Below, in pieces: positions 28,995 through 37,624 of a stretch of 64,000 nt of DNA. The stretch is from the NCBI GenBank assembly GCA_034670305.1, contig JAXMNT010000001.1:192001-256000 (forward strand). The letters run 5' to 3'. Made by a program: the position numbers and the translations under genes. The notes under the pieces were generated by a model. It worked only from the letters and a program-made list of their open reading frames with translations. It searched no databases and was not told the DNA's origin. Within the stretch, counting starts at the first letter, position 1; each line of letters begins with the position of its first letter. Source of the stretch: Deltaproteobacteria bacterium. GTDB lineage: Bacteria; Myxococcota_A; Polyangia; Polyangiales; Houyiibacteriaceae.

Positions 28995-29927
28995 TCAGCG
29001 CAGCCCGTCGGGCAGTGGGTCGACCGACGCCCCGCGGTCCTGCAACGCGTCGATGAGCACCCGCAGTCCGCGCGTGACCGGGACATCGGCCCGGCGGACG
29101 AGCGCGATGTGATCTCGGTAGCGGGGCAGCCCCTCGAGCACTTGGAGGCGCTTCTTCGGCACCCCGTGGGTGGCGACTCGGTAGGGGAGGATCCCGACGC
29201 CGGTCGCGTCCAGCACCAGGCTCTTCACGAGCGCCATGCTCTCGCACTCCAGCGTTCGCACGCGGTGGTCGAGCTGCGCAAGGAGCTCTTGGCTCTGCCG
29301 CAGTGCGGGGACCATGAGCACCAGCGTGCGCTTGAGCGTGCGCACGGAGTACGCCTCCGAGAAGGGTCCGCGTCCGAGCAGTTTGCCGACGGCCACGAAC
29401 GCCACCGCGTCGTCGAAGAGCGGGCGCACGATCGTGTCGGGGTGGTTCGACGGGTTCACGACCAGCCCGACGTCCACGCGACGTTCGACAATGGCGTCTT
29501 CGACCTCGCGGGAGTTCGCGTTGAAGAGCGAGAGCTGGATGGCGGGGAAGCGCTCGAGGAAGCGCGCCATGAACCCGGGCAAGAAATAGGTGCCGAGGCT
29601 CTCGTGGCAGCCGATGCGAAACGAGCCGCGCGGTTCGTTCGCGAGCGCGCCGATCTCGTCGTGCGCCGCCCGAAGCGCCGCCCGCGCTTCCCGTGCGCGT
29701 GCGACGAGCAACTCGCCCGCGCGGGTCGGACGCACCCCACGCGCGGTGCGGTGCAGCAGCTGGGCGGACAGCTTCTCTTCCAGCTTGCGCATCGCGACGC
29801 TCAGGGTGGGCTGGGTCAGCCCCATCGCTTTGGCCGCGGCGCTGAGGCTGCCGTGTTCCACGACCTCGAGCAGCTGCCGAATCGCCGGGTCGAGCAGGTC
29901 GTCGTGAGGTTCGGCCGGCTTCTTCAT
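28995..29927 (-). CDS. LysR family transcriptional regulator
   Basis: GSLSAAAKAMGLTQPTLSVAMRKLEE HTH; LHRTARGVRPTRAG. Confidence 0.93.
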   Translation of the reverse strand: MKKPAEPHDDLLDPAIRQLLEVVEHGSLSAAAKAMGLTQPTLSVAMRKLEEKLSAQLLHRTARGVRPTRAGELLVARAREARAALRAAHDEIGALANEPRGSFRIGCHESLGTYFLPGFMARFLERFPAIQLSLFNANSREVEDAIVERRVDVGLVVNPSNHPDTIVRPLFDDAVAFVAVGKLLGRGPFSEAYSVRTLKRTLVLMVPALRQSQELLAQLDHRVRTLECESMALVKSLVLDATGVGILPYRVATHGVPKKRLQVLEGLPRYRDHIALVRRADVPVTRGLRVLIDALQDRGASVDPLPDGLR

Positions 29928-29951
29928 CGCCACTTCAAGCGCTGTGCGTGC

Positions 29952-30575
29952 TCATCGGTGGGGCGGGGTGGCGAGCCGTGCGCCGGTCTCGGCGTTGCCC
30001 GTGCCTGCGAACTCGACCTGCCCAGTGGTGGGTCGGTCGTGGCCCGCCGGCCAGGGCAAGAGGGTCCGGGTGGCGAGCAGCGGTCCGGCGGTCGGCTCTC
30101 CTTCGCGCGCGGGCCAGGGCAGCAGCGCCGCGGTGCGCCGCGTCAACGGGTGCCCTTGCCAGTTGCGGAGGGTGCTGCGCTCTTCGTAGTGCGCGATCAC
30201 GGTCGCGAGGCGCTCGGCAAGCCACGCGGCATCTGCGGCGCCTTCGGTCGGCGGCGTCAGCCGAAGCTCCCAGCGTTCGAGGTTCACGGCCATGAACACC
30301 ACCGCCGCCGTGCCCGTGACCCGAACGGCGAGCCACATGTTGGCCGGCTGTCCGAGCGGCACGACGGCCCGCGAGGTCTGCGTCGCCAGCAAGGTGCGGA
30401 CTTCGGTGGCGCTCAAGGGCCCGTCCGATTCGACCGCGACCGCGATCGCGATGGAAGGCGCGGCTTCGGCTGTGGGGACGGGTTGCGCCGACGCGAGCCC
30501 TGAGAGCCCGCACACGGCGAGGACCGCGACCGCAGCGCACATCACGGATTCGCAGCTGCGTTCGAGGCCAGGCAT
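29952..30575 (-). CDS. Hypothetical secreted protein
   Basis: 3' end of a long ORF; signal-peptide-like AVAVLAVCGLSGLASA. Confidence 0.5.
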   Translation of the reverse strand: MPGLERSCESVMCAAVAVLAVCGLSGLASAQPVPTAEAAPSIAIAVAVESDGPLSATEVRTLLATQTSRAVVPLGQPANMWLAVRVTGTAAVVFMAVNLERWELRLTPPTEGAADAAWLAERLATVIAHYEERSTLRNWQGHPLTRRTAALLPWPAREGEPTAGPLLATRTLLPWPAGHDRPTTGQVEFAGTGNAETGARLATPPHR

Positions 30576-30619
30576 GGCGCGAGGGTCGCCGAGTGCCGTA
30601 CGGGGGTCAATCGCGGACC

Positions 30620-30922
30620 CGGACGGAAGCGGAACCGGAAGCGGAAGCGGAAGCGGAAGCGGAAGCGGACGCGGAAGCGGGAGCGGGAGCGGAAGCGGAA
30701 GCGGAAGCCGAAGCGGAAGCGGAAGCGGGAGCGGTAGCCGAAGCGGAAGCGGAAGCGGAAGCGGGAGCGGTAGCCGAAGCGGAAGCGGAAGCGGAAGCCG
30801 AAGCCGACGCGGAAGCCGAAGCCGAAGCCGATGCCGAATCCGAAGCCGAAGCCGACGCCGAAGCCGACGCCGAAGCCGACGCCGATGCCGAAGCCGATGC
30901 CGATGCCGAAGCCGAATCCGCC
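30620..30922. repeat. Intergenic hexamer microsatellite (GGAAGC)n / (GCCGAA,GCCGAC,GCCGAT)n
   Basis: Visible directly. Confidence 0.95.
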
Positions 30923-30925
30923 GAC

Positions 30926-32791
30926 TTAGTTCGCCCTGGGCTCGAGGGAGAGGAGCCACTGGACGAGGCGGGCGTCGGCGGACTGGGCGCCGCTGCGATC
31001 GAGGACGACGTCGACGTCGCGGAACATCCAGGCAGCGGCCAACTTCAAACCGTGCGCGGGTGGGTCGGGGGCGGCGGCCGCCGCGGGATCGAGCTGAACG
31101 AGCACGCGGCTCGGCGTGGGCGACGAGGTGTCGAGCGCGCGTGCGTAGGGGCTCCAGCCGGAGGGCTCCGCGCCATACTCTTCCCGCCAGCCGAGTCCGT
31201 CGCCGAGCAAGGGGCCGCGCGACAGATCGGCGACGGGGTCCCGGAGCACCACGGCGTGTCCACGCGAACCAGCGAGCGCAGCCAAGACGCCGCCATGGGA
31301 CCAACCGAAGAAGACGAGCGCGCTTCGGGGCGCCACGGCTTCGGCGATCCGGCGAAGTCGCTCTGCGCTGCGCAGTTTGCCCGCGGCCGTGCCTTCGAGG
31401 TGCCACTCGCTGCGACGCGGCGCACCGCCCGGCACATCCGCGAACACCCACCGGCCGCCTGCGGCAAGCCACGCCGCGACTTCGGGTCGGTACCGTGCCC
31501 GCGCCGTGCGTCCGAACGCGCCCATCGCTTCGACGACGGTCGCGCGTTCGTGGCCGCCGCCATCGGCGACGTATGCATGTTCGCCGGCGGCTTCGAACCG
31601 CACCCCGGGGACGCGCGGTCCATCTTCGAACATCACCCGCGTGGTGCCGCTCGCGGAGAGGCGGAGCAGCCTCGGCGGCGTGCTCGGATTGCTCCAGAGG
31701 ACCCACGCGCCCATCGCGTCTCCCGCCAGTGCGTCCACCACACCAGGCTCCATGCGGACTGGATGGAGTGCGCCCGAGTCGAGCGTGCGCATCGTCGAGA
31801 TGGGTCCTTCGTCGTACGCGAGCAGGATCGCGTCGCCAAGCCTGCACGCGCGGCTGGGATGACCCACTTCGGCGTTCTGCCACGCGTCGGCCAGATGGGC
31901 GCGGGCGACCGACGCGGTGCGCGCGACGCCGCCGTCGATGATGGTGACGCGCCGTTCCTGCGCGACCACGAGCGCGTCGCTGCTGACGGTCGCGACCAAC
32001 GCGTCGTTCAGCGGCGCGTCCGCGCGGGTGCTCTGACGACCATCCACCCGCCACACCTCCATGGTCCGTCCGCGGGTGACCGCAGCCACGATCCACGGAT
32101 CGGACGCCGCGTAGAGCGTGACTCGGTCGCCGATGCGCGTCTGGTCGAACACCAACTGCGAGGGGCCGCCGGCCGCCGCCACGGAGTACACGCGGGGAGG
32201 ACCGCCGTCCTCGTCGAACCCGACTTCGCGCAGGGTCGGCGCGCGCACGAAGAAGAGGGTCTCTCCCGACGTGTTCCACACGGGGTCGACGTCGTGCGCG
32301 GTGGGCAACACGCGCGGCTCGAACGCACCGCGCGCCATCTCGAGACCCTCCGCCGTCAAGAACGCGAGTTGCCCGTCCCGCGCGGCGGCGTACGCCCGCG
32401 GAAGCGGCTGGGTCTGCGAGAGGGTGCCGGCGCGGAAGAACGCGATCTGCTCCCCGTGCTCCACCCACGCCGACGCCGACTCGGCGTCGCCGTCGGTGCC
32501 CGGGTCTGCGGCCACCACGTCCGAGACACCGAGGGTGGGGCGAAACGTCCTCGGAGGTTGGTCGTCGAACCGCGCGGCGTGTCGCTCCACGGTCGCCAGC
32601 CAGCGTCGGGCAGTGGTGGAGAGTTCGGCCTGTTCCAGCGAACGAAACGGGTCGTCCGGGGTGCCCTCGGCCCGAATGGCCAACAGGTCGGGGTCGGGTT
32701 CTGGTGGCTGCACCGGACGTTCGACGACCACCGGAGGGCGTCCGCACCCGAGGGCAAGACACACGAGAAAACCGACGAGGCGGGGAGTCAC
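30926..32791 (-). CDS. Lipoprotein with divergent S9/prolyl-oligopeptidase-like architecture
   Basis: LALGC lipobox; propeller-like middle region; GWSHGG nucleophile elbow; WREEYG. Confidence 0.55.
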   Translation of the reverse strand: MTPRLVGFLVCLALGCGRPPVVVERPVQPPEPDPDLLAIRAEGTPDDPFRSLEQAELSTTARRWLATVERHAARFDDQPPRTFRPTLGVSDVVAADPGTDGDAESASAWVEHGEQIAFFRAGTLSQTQPLPRAYAAARDGQLAFLTAEGLEMARGAFEPRVLPTAHDVDPVWNTSGETLFFVRAPTLREVGFDEDGGPPRVYSVAAAGGPSQLVFDQTRIGDRVTLYAASDPWIVAAVTRGRTMEVWRVDGRQSTRADAPLNDALVATVSSDALVVAQERRVTIIDGGVARTASVARAHLADAWQNAEVGHPSRACRLGDAILLAYDEGPISTMRTLDSGALHPVRMEPGVVDALAGDAMGAWVLWSNPSTPPRLLRLSASGTTRVMFEDGPRVPGVRFEAAGEHAYVADGGGHERATVVEAMGAFGRTARARYRPEVAAWLAAGGRWVFADVPGGAPRRSEWHLEGTAAGKLRSAERLRRIAEAVAPRSALVFFGWSHGGVLAALAGSRGHAVVLRDPVADLSRGPLLGDGLGWREEYGAEPSGWSPYARALDTSSPTPSRVLVQLDPAAAAAPDPPAHGLKLAAAWMFRDVDVVLDRSGAQSADARLVQWLLSLEPRAN

Positions 32792-32948
32792 CCGCCGACC
32801 GTCCCCCGCCCCTCGACGCGGCGCAAGTCGGTGCGGCGACCCTGCGTCGACCCGTACGAATTCCTATTGATTGCAGTCGCCACAGCGCTACCTTGCGCGC
32901 GCAAGTCGGACACTCACCTGTCCGCAACGACCCGAGGAGGGTGACTAG

Positions 32949-33158
32949 ATGAAGATCGATCGTGAAGTGTTTCTTGCCGCCGCCATGGCGCTGGGCGTCG
33001 GATTTGGTTGCGGCGGCTCGGAAGAGGCTGCTGCGGAAGACACCTCGGGCGACGAGACCGTCTCCGAGCCGGTGACCCACCACACGGCGGAGCCGGTCGA
33101 AGACCCGGTTGAGGAAGAACCGATCGAGGAAGAAGCCTACGACCCGGTCACCGAGTAG
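32949..33158 (+). CDS. Small acidic lipoprotein
   Basis: GAGGAGG RBS; MKIDREVFLAAAMALGVGFGC followed by an acidic tail. Confidence 0.7.
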   Translation: MKIDREVFLAAAMALGVGFGCGGSEEAAAEDTSGDETVSEPVTHHTAEPVEDPVEEEPIEEEAYDPVTE

Positions 33159-33191
33159 AACCGGACTGCCCGCTTCGGTGGGCGAACCCTT

Positions 33192-35036
33192 GTGATCTTC
33201 GAGAACACACGACGCGAGGCGCGGGAACGATCTGTTTCCGCGCCTTCTTCGTCCGTCCAACACCCGGCGCAGCCGCGGTCGTCGACCATCCTCGCGCTGT
33301 TTGGTGCGGCGTGGCTGACCTGCGGGTGCAGCCCCTCCCCGACGCGTGCGCAAGTGATCGATGTCGAGGAGGCCGCGGAAGCTCCGTTGACCGACACTTG
33401 GTCGGTGGACGTCGGCGATGGGTGGGTGCCGCCGTTGCTCGACGACGGAGTCGATGCGTCGGGAAGGCCGCAGCCCCATCGGTTCCGCGAGACCTTCGTC
33501 GCCCTCGCCAGCGCCGACTGGCCCGACACCGATCTCGGCCGGCGCGCCCAGAGCGACGAGTTCCTCGAGACCTACGGCATCCCGCCGACCCTGACCTTGC
33601 TCCGCGACCGGCTCCGGGCCCTCGCCGCGCAGGACTGCCCGCATCCGCGCGCGATTCTCGAGCGCTTCCTCGGCAGCGGGGTCGACGAGGACGACCGGGT
33701 CGACGTCGAACGGGAAGACGACGGTGCGCTGGCCAGCCGCCGCCTCGGCCTTGGCGACATCCGCCGGGCACGTGCGCCGCGGCTGCGCGAGCGTCGAACG
33801 ATGGCGGAGCTCGCGCCCCAGATGAGCTGGCGGGCGGGTCTCGCGGCCACCCGAGCGCGCCTCGTCTGCGAAGGTCACTTGGAGGCGCCGGTGCCCAACG
33901 CGCCCGCGCTCGACGGTCGCACGCGCAGGGCGCTCGAACGGTTCGAACGACAGCACCGGATCTACCAGCGCGGTTCGCTCTCGGGCGCGACGCTTCGTGC
34001 GCTGCGCATCGACGCGCGGGAGCTGGCCCGGCGGGACGTCCTGCGGGTGATCACCGAACGGGTCTCGCTCGACCAAGCACTGCTCGGCGACGGCACGGCC
34101 GACGGCGACAACCTCGAAGCGCAACTGCAGGACCACCTCGAACGCGAGCTCGGCCTCGAGTCGTTCGAGTCGACCCTCGCGTGGCTCGAGTCGCTCGGCG
34201 ACCTCGACGGCCGCCAGCGTGTCGCGATCGCGCCCCTTCCGCTTCCGGCCTGGTGGGACGAGATCACCGACCTCGAGGTCGAGATCGACCGAGGCGACGT
34301 CTGGTTTGACTTCCCGTTCGACGAAGATGGCACCCCGCGCAGTTTCCCGGTCGAACGCCGACCCATGCTCTCCGTGTTCGCGATCGTCGGCGAGACCCGC
34401 CGCGAGATCGTGCGCTGGCCGACCACGATCGGCGGTTGGCGCCTCGAGCGCGTCCGGCAGCGGGACGTCTGGCGGTACAAGGAGTCCCCCGCGGGGACGT
34501 TTGTATGGAACCAGATCGTGTCCGCGCCCGTGTGGCTTCCGCCGTCGTCGACCCCGGCCGCCGATCTCGTGACCGAGCGGGTGATCGAGAACGACGGATC
34601 GATGCACATCGAGCTCAACACGACGTTGCTCGGGCCAGGCTATGCGTCTGCCTATGGACTGGCGGCCGCGTACCATCTTCCAGCCCGGCCTCGGCCGGAC
34701 GGAACCTGGGCCACCGGCGCGGACGAGGGCATCCGCACCCACGGCTCGGTGGACTACACCAGCGTCTGGCGCCGCGCGTCGCATGGGTGCCACCGGCTCC
34801 AGAACCACCGCGCGCTGGCGCTCTACTCGTTCGTGCTCGGACACCGCGAGAACGCTCGGGTCGGCCACGCCAGGGTCGACTTCCGCCGCACCGTGGAGGT
34901 CGATGGGGTCCAGCAGCAGCTCAACATTCAACACGGCGGTTACGTGTTCCGCCTGCAGCGTCCGCTCGTCGTGCGGGTGCTCCCCGGACGGATCCGGGGC
35001 CTCCCCCGTCCGCCCCCGCCGCCCGAAGCGCGCTGA
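33192..35036 (+). CDS. L,D-transpeptidase family protein with peptidoglycan-binding domain
   Basis: T.RAL.RFE PG-binding-like segment; IRTHGS...ASHGCHRLQN catalytic motif. Confidence 0.85.
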   Translation: MIFENTRREARERSVSAPSSSVQHPAQPRSSTILALFGAAWLTCGCSPSPTRAQVIDVEEAAEAPLTDTWSVDVGDGWVPPLLDDGVDASGRPQPHRFRETFVALASADWPDTDLGRRAQSDEFLETYGIPPTLTLLRDRLRALAAQDCPHPRAILERFLGSGVDEDDRVDVEREDDGALASRRLGLGDIRRARAPRLRERRTMAELAPQMSWRAGLAATRARLVCEGHLEAPVPNAPALDGRTRRALERFERQHRIYQRGSLSGATLRALRIDARELARRDVLRVITERVSLDQALLGDGTADGDNLEAQLQDHLERELGLESFESTLAWLESLGDLDGRQRVAIAPLPLPAWWDEITDLEVEIDRGDVWFDFPFDEDGTPRSFPVERRPMLSVFAIVGETRREIVRWPTTIGGWRLERVRQRDVWRYKESPAGTFVWNQIVSAPVWLPPSSTPAADLVTERVIENDGSMHIELNTTLLGPGYASAYGLAAAYHLPARPRPDGTWATGADEGIRTHGSVDYTSVWRRASHGCHRLQNHRALALYSFVLGHRENARVGHARVDFRRTVEVDGVQQQLNIQHGGYVFRLQRPLVVRVLPGRIRGLPRPPPPPEAR

Positions 35037-35041
35037 GACGA

Positions 35042-35150
35042 TTGTCTGGGTCGCGTGTCTGCTGCGTGTCTGGGCTGCGTGTCTGGGTCGTGTGTCTGGG
35101 TCGCGTGTCTGGGTCGCGTATCTGGGGTCGCTTGTCAGGGCGCTCGTCTG
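35042..35150. repeat. ~13-bp tandem repeat GTGTCTGGGTCGC, about 8 degenerate copies
   Basis: Visible directly after the transpeptidase stop codon. Confidence 0.85.
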
Positions 35151-35231
35151 AGTGGCTTGCCCTGAGCACCGTCTGCCCGTAGGAGTGGTCCGGTGTTTCC
35201 TCTGACCGCCCAGACCGTCCGGTGCGCTGCG

Positions 35232-35873
35232 ATGCGCGCGGCGCGGCGGCTGGCGACCGGGTGTGTCGCACTCGCCGTCGTGGCGAGTTTGGGATGCGGC
35301 GAGGATCACCCGATCCCGACCGAGACCTGGACGCCCGACGACCACGTGCAGCCGCCTCAGAACGTCATGGACCCGCGCCGTACCCCCGAGCCGACGCCCG
35401 ACCAGCGGCAACCGGCCGAAGTGCGGCGCAACGCCGCGCGCGCGCTCTTCCAGATGACCTGCGCGAGTTGCCACGGCGCCGACGGGCGCGGCCCGGCCGA
35501 GGCGGTGGAGGGTCGAGCGGCGGTGCGCGACCTGACGACTTGGGAATACCACTCGAACGTGTCCAACCAGCAGATCGCAGAGGCGATCGTCCGTGGACGC
35601 GAGGGCATGCCGGCGTTCGGGGGACAGCTCGCACCCCAAGCGATCGTGGCCCTTGTCGAACACGTGCGCATGCTCGGTGCACCGGCGGCCCGCGAACACG
35701 GCGTAGATCCCGGCCACCCCGACGCGGAACCCGGGGACGGGGATGCGGACGGGGAGGGCGCACCCGAGCCGACCGAGATGACGTCTCCAATGACCGCCGC
35801 TCCGATGACCGCTGCGCCGATGACCGCCGCGCCGATGACCGCGACTCCGACTCTGATGGGTGGCGTGGACTGA
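35232..35873 (+). CDS. Monoheme cytochrome c lipoprotein
   Basis: ASLGC lipobox; CASCHG; GMPAF axial Met; MTAAP repeats. Confidence 0.85.
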   Translation: MRAARRLATGCVALAVVASLGCGEDHPIPTETWTPDDHVQPPQNVMDPRRTPEPTPDQRQPAEVRRNAARALFQMTCASCHGADGRGPAEAVEGRAAVRDLTTWEYHSNVSNQQIAEAIVRGREGMPAFGGQLAPQAIVALVEHVRMLGAPAAREHGVDPGHPDAEPGDGDADGEGAPEPTEMTSPMTAAPMTAAPMTAAPMTATPTLMGGVD

Positions 35874-35915
35874 CGACATCCGGGGCCTGCGCGCTCCGGT
35901 TGGGGTCGTGGCTGC

Positions 35916-35960
35916 TTGACAGCGCTCTCGATCGTTTTATAGGTTGGGTGACCAACTTAT
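35916..35960 (+). promoter_or_regulatory. Sigma70-type promoter overlapped by a palindromic operator
   Basis: TTGACA at 35916, 18-bp spacer, TAGGTT at 35940; inverted repeat ATAGGTTGG-GTGA-CCAACTTAT at 35939-35960. Confidence 0.65.
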
Positions 35961-36579
35961 GGGACGACACTCCAATCGAGCGCAGCGCAGGGGCGAGATC
36001 GTCGACGGACTGATGCGCGTCTTGCCGCGCGTCGGCTACGAGCGGGCGACCATCGCCAAGATCGCCAAAGCGGCCGGCCTGTCGGCAGGGCTCGTGCACC
36101 ACCACTTCGAGAACAAACAAGCCATCCTCCTGGCGCTCGGAGAACGGCTCGATCAGATCGTGGCCGAGCGCCGACGCGAGGCACGCACGCCCCGCACGCG
36201 GCTGTTCGCGTTTCTCGACGCGCACCTCGCGCTCGATGGCGACGATGGCGACGCCCCTGCGCACCCGGTCGCGATCGCGTGCTGGGTCGCCATTGGTGCG
36301 GAAGCCGTGGTGCAGCCGGAGGTGGGCGCGCTCTACCGCCGCCTCATCGCTGCGCGCCGAGACGAACTGCGCGGGCTGCTCGAGGCGGTGCTGAAAGACG
36401 AGGGCGGCACGACCCGCGGACTGGACGCGACCACGGCGACCTTGCTCGCGACCGTGGAGGGCATCTTCCAGCTCGCCACCGCAGCGCCCGACACGATCCC
36501 GCCCGGTTCGGCGGCCGGCTCGGTCCGGCGTCTTGCCGAACACCTTCTCGATTCGCACGCACCCAGGAGTTCCACATGA
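35959..36579 (+). CDS. TetR family regulator (BetI-like)
   Basis: GYERATIAKIAKAAGLSAGLVHHHFENKQAIL HTH. Confidence 0.9.
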   Translation: MGRHSNRAQRRGEIVDGLMRVLPRVGYERATIAKIAKAAGLSAGLVHHHFENKQAILLALGERLDQIVAERRREARTPRTRLFAFLDAHLALDGDDGDAPAHPVAIACWVAIGAEAVVQPEVGALYRRLIAARRDELRGLLEAVLKDEGGTTRGLDATTATLLATVEGIFQLATAAPDTIPPGSAAGSVRRLAEHLLDSHAPRSST

Positions 36580-37343
36580 GTCTCTCGTTCATCGCACTCG
36601 GCATCGGCGACGCGTTCAGCGCCCTCCACTACGGCGCGTGTCTCGCGGTCGAACACCGCGACGACAGCGGGTCGAAGTGGCTGCTCATCGATTGCCCCCA
36701 CCCGATCCGCAAAATGCTGCGCGAAGGCGGGCTGACCGCGGAGGCGCCCAGCCTCGATGTCGGCGACTTCGAAGGCATGGTGCTCACCCACCTGCACGCG
36801 GACCACGCGAGCGGTCTCGAAGGCTGGGGCTTCTTTCATCACTTCGCGCTTCAACGCCCGGCCGTGGTGCTCACCCACCCGCAGGTCGCGCGCGATCTCT
36901 GGTCGGCGCTGGCCCCGAGCATGTCGGTGCTGCTCAGTGGTCCGGAGCGGGTCGAACAGAAGTTCTCCGAAGCCGACTTCTTCGACGTCCGCACCTTCGT
37001 GGACGAGACGACCCTCGGTCCGTTCACGGTGCGCTGCCGGACCACCTGGCACCACATCCCGACGATCGCGCTCACGGTCAGCGCCGGCGGGCGCACCCTC
37101 GGCTACAGCGCGGACACCGCATTCGACCCAGCGCTCGTCGACTGGCTCGCGGGCGCGGATCTCATCGTGCACGAGACCAACCTCGGTGGTGCGCACACCC
37201 CGTACCCGCAACTCGCCGCGCTGCCGGCGGATCTGCGCGCCAAGATGCGCCTCATCGCGTTTCCCGACGGCTTCGACCCAGAACGCCTGACCCCCGGCAC
37301 CCACATCGAACAACTCGTCCAGGGCCAGCGCTACGTTGTTTGA
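36576..37343 (+). CDS. MBL-fold metallo-hydrolase (RNase Z-like)
   Basis: LGIGDAFS, LIDCP, THLHADH, YSADT, IVHE; ATGA overlap with tetR. Confidence 0.88.
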   Translation: MSLSFIALGIGDAFSALHYGACLAVEHRDDSGSKWLLIDCPHPIRKMLREGGLTAEAPSLDVGDFEGMVLTHLHADHASGLEGWGFFHHFALQRPAVVLTHPQVARDLWSALAPSMSVLLSGPERVEQKFSEADFFDVRTFVDETTLGPFTVRCRTTWHHIPTIALTVSAGGRTLGYSADTAFDPALVDWLAGADLIVHETNLGGAHTPYPQLAALPADLRAKMRLIAFPDGFDPERLTPGTHIEQLVQGQRYVV

Positions 37344-37351
37344 TGGCACTA

Positions 37352-37613
37352 CGGGCCTGGCTCGCTTCGCGAGACTGGCGGCCCTAAGTCGCGCCCGTCG
37401 CGCCTTCACGTGCTCGCCGCTGATCCCTTCGTGCGGTGAAGAATCACTTCGAGCTCCTGCGGCTGCGCGGCGTGCAGGCGCTCCTTGAGGCGCTCGGTGT
37501 TCAAGTGGAAGTGCACCAGTTGCTCGCCCTGCGGGCTGCGCAGGTGCACTTGTCGGTGATCACCTACTCCTCTCCCATCACCAGCCTGGCTCGCTTCGCG
37601 AGACTGGCGGCCC
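37352..37613 (-). repeat. Dispersed element bounded by 30-bp direct repeats, copy A
   Basis: GCCTGGCTCGCTTCGCGAGACTGGCGGCCC at 37355-37384 and 37584-37613; interior homologous to 60030-60426. Confidence 0.9.
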
Positions 37614-37624
37614 GTCCCATCGAA

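Noticed and set aside
29952-35879. 1975-aa minus-strand ORF and other very long ORFs (4401-7688, 15081-18278, 20212-23034)
   Set aside because: Antisense or off-frame shadows of real genes in high-GC DNA; only short terminal parts are credible.
37355-37613. 30-bp palindromic direct repeats as a CRISPR array
   Set aside because: Only two repeats, a ~200-bp interior that is conserved at the second locus, and no cas genes.
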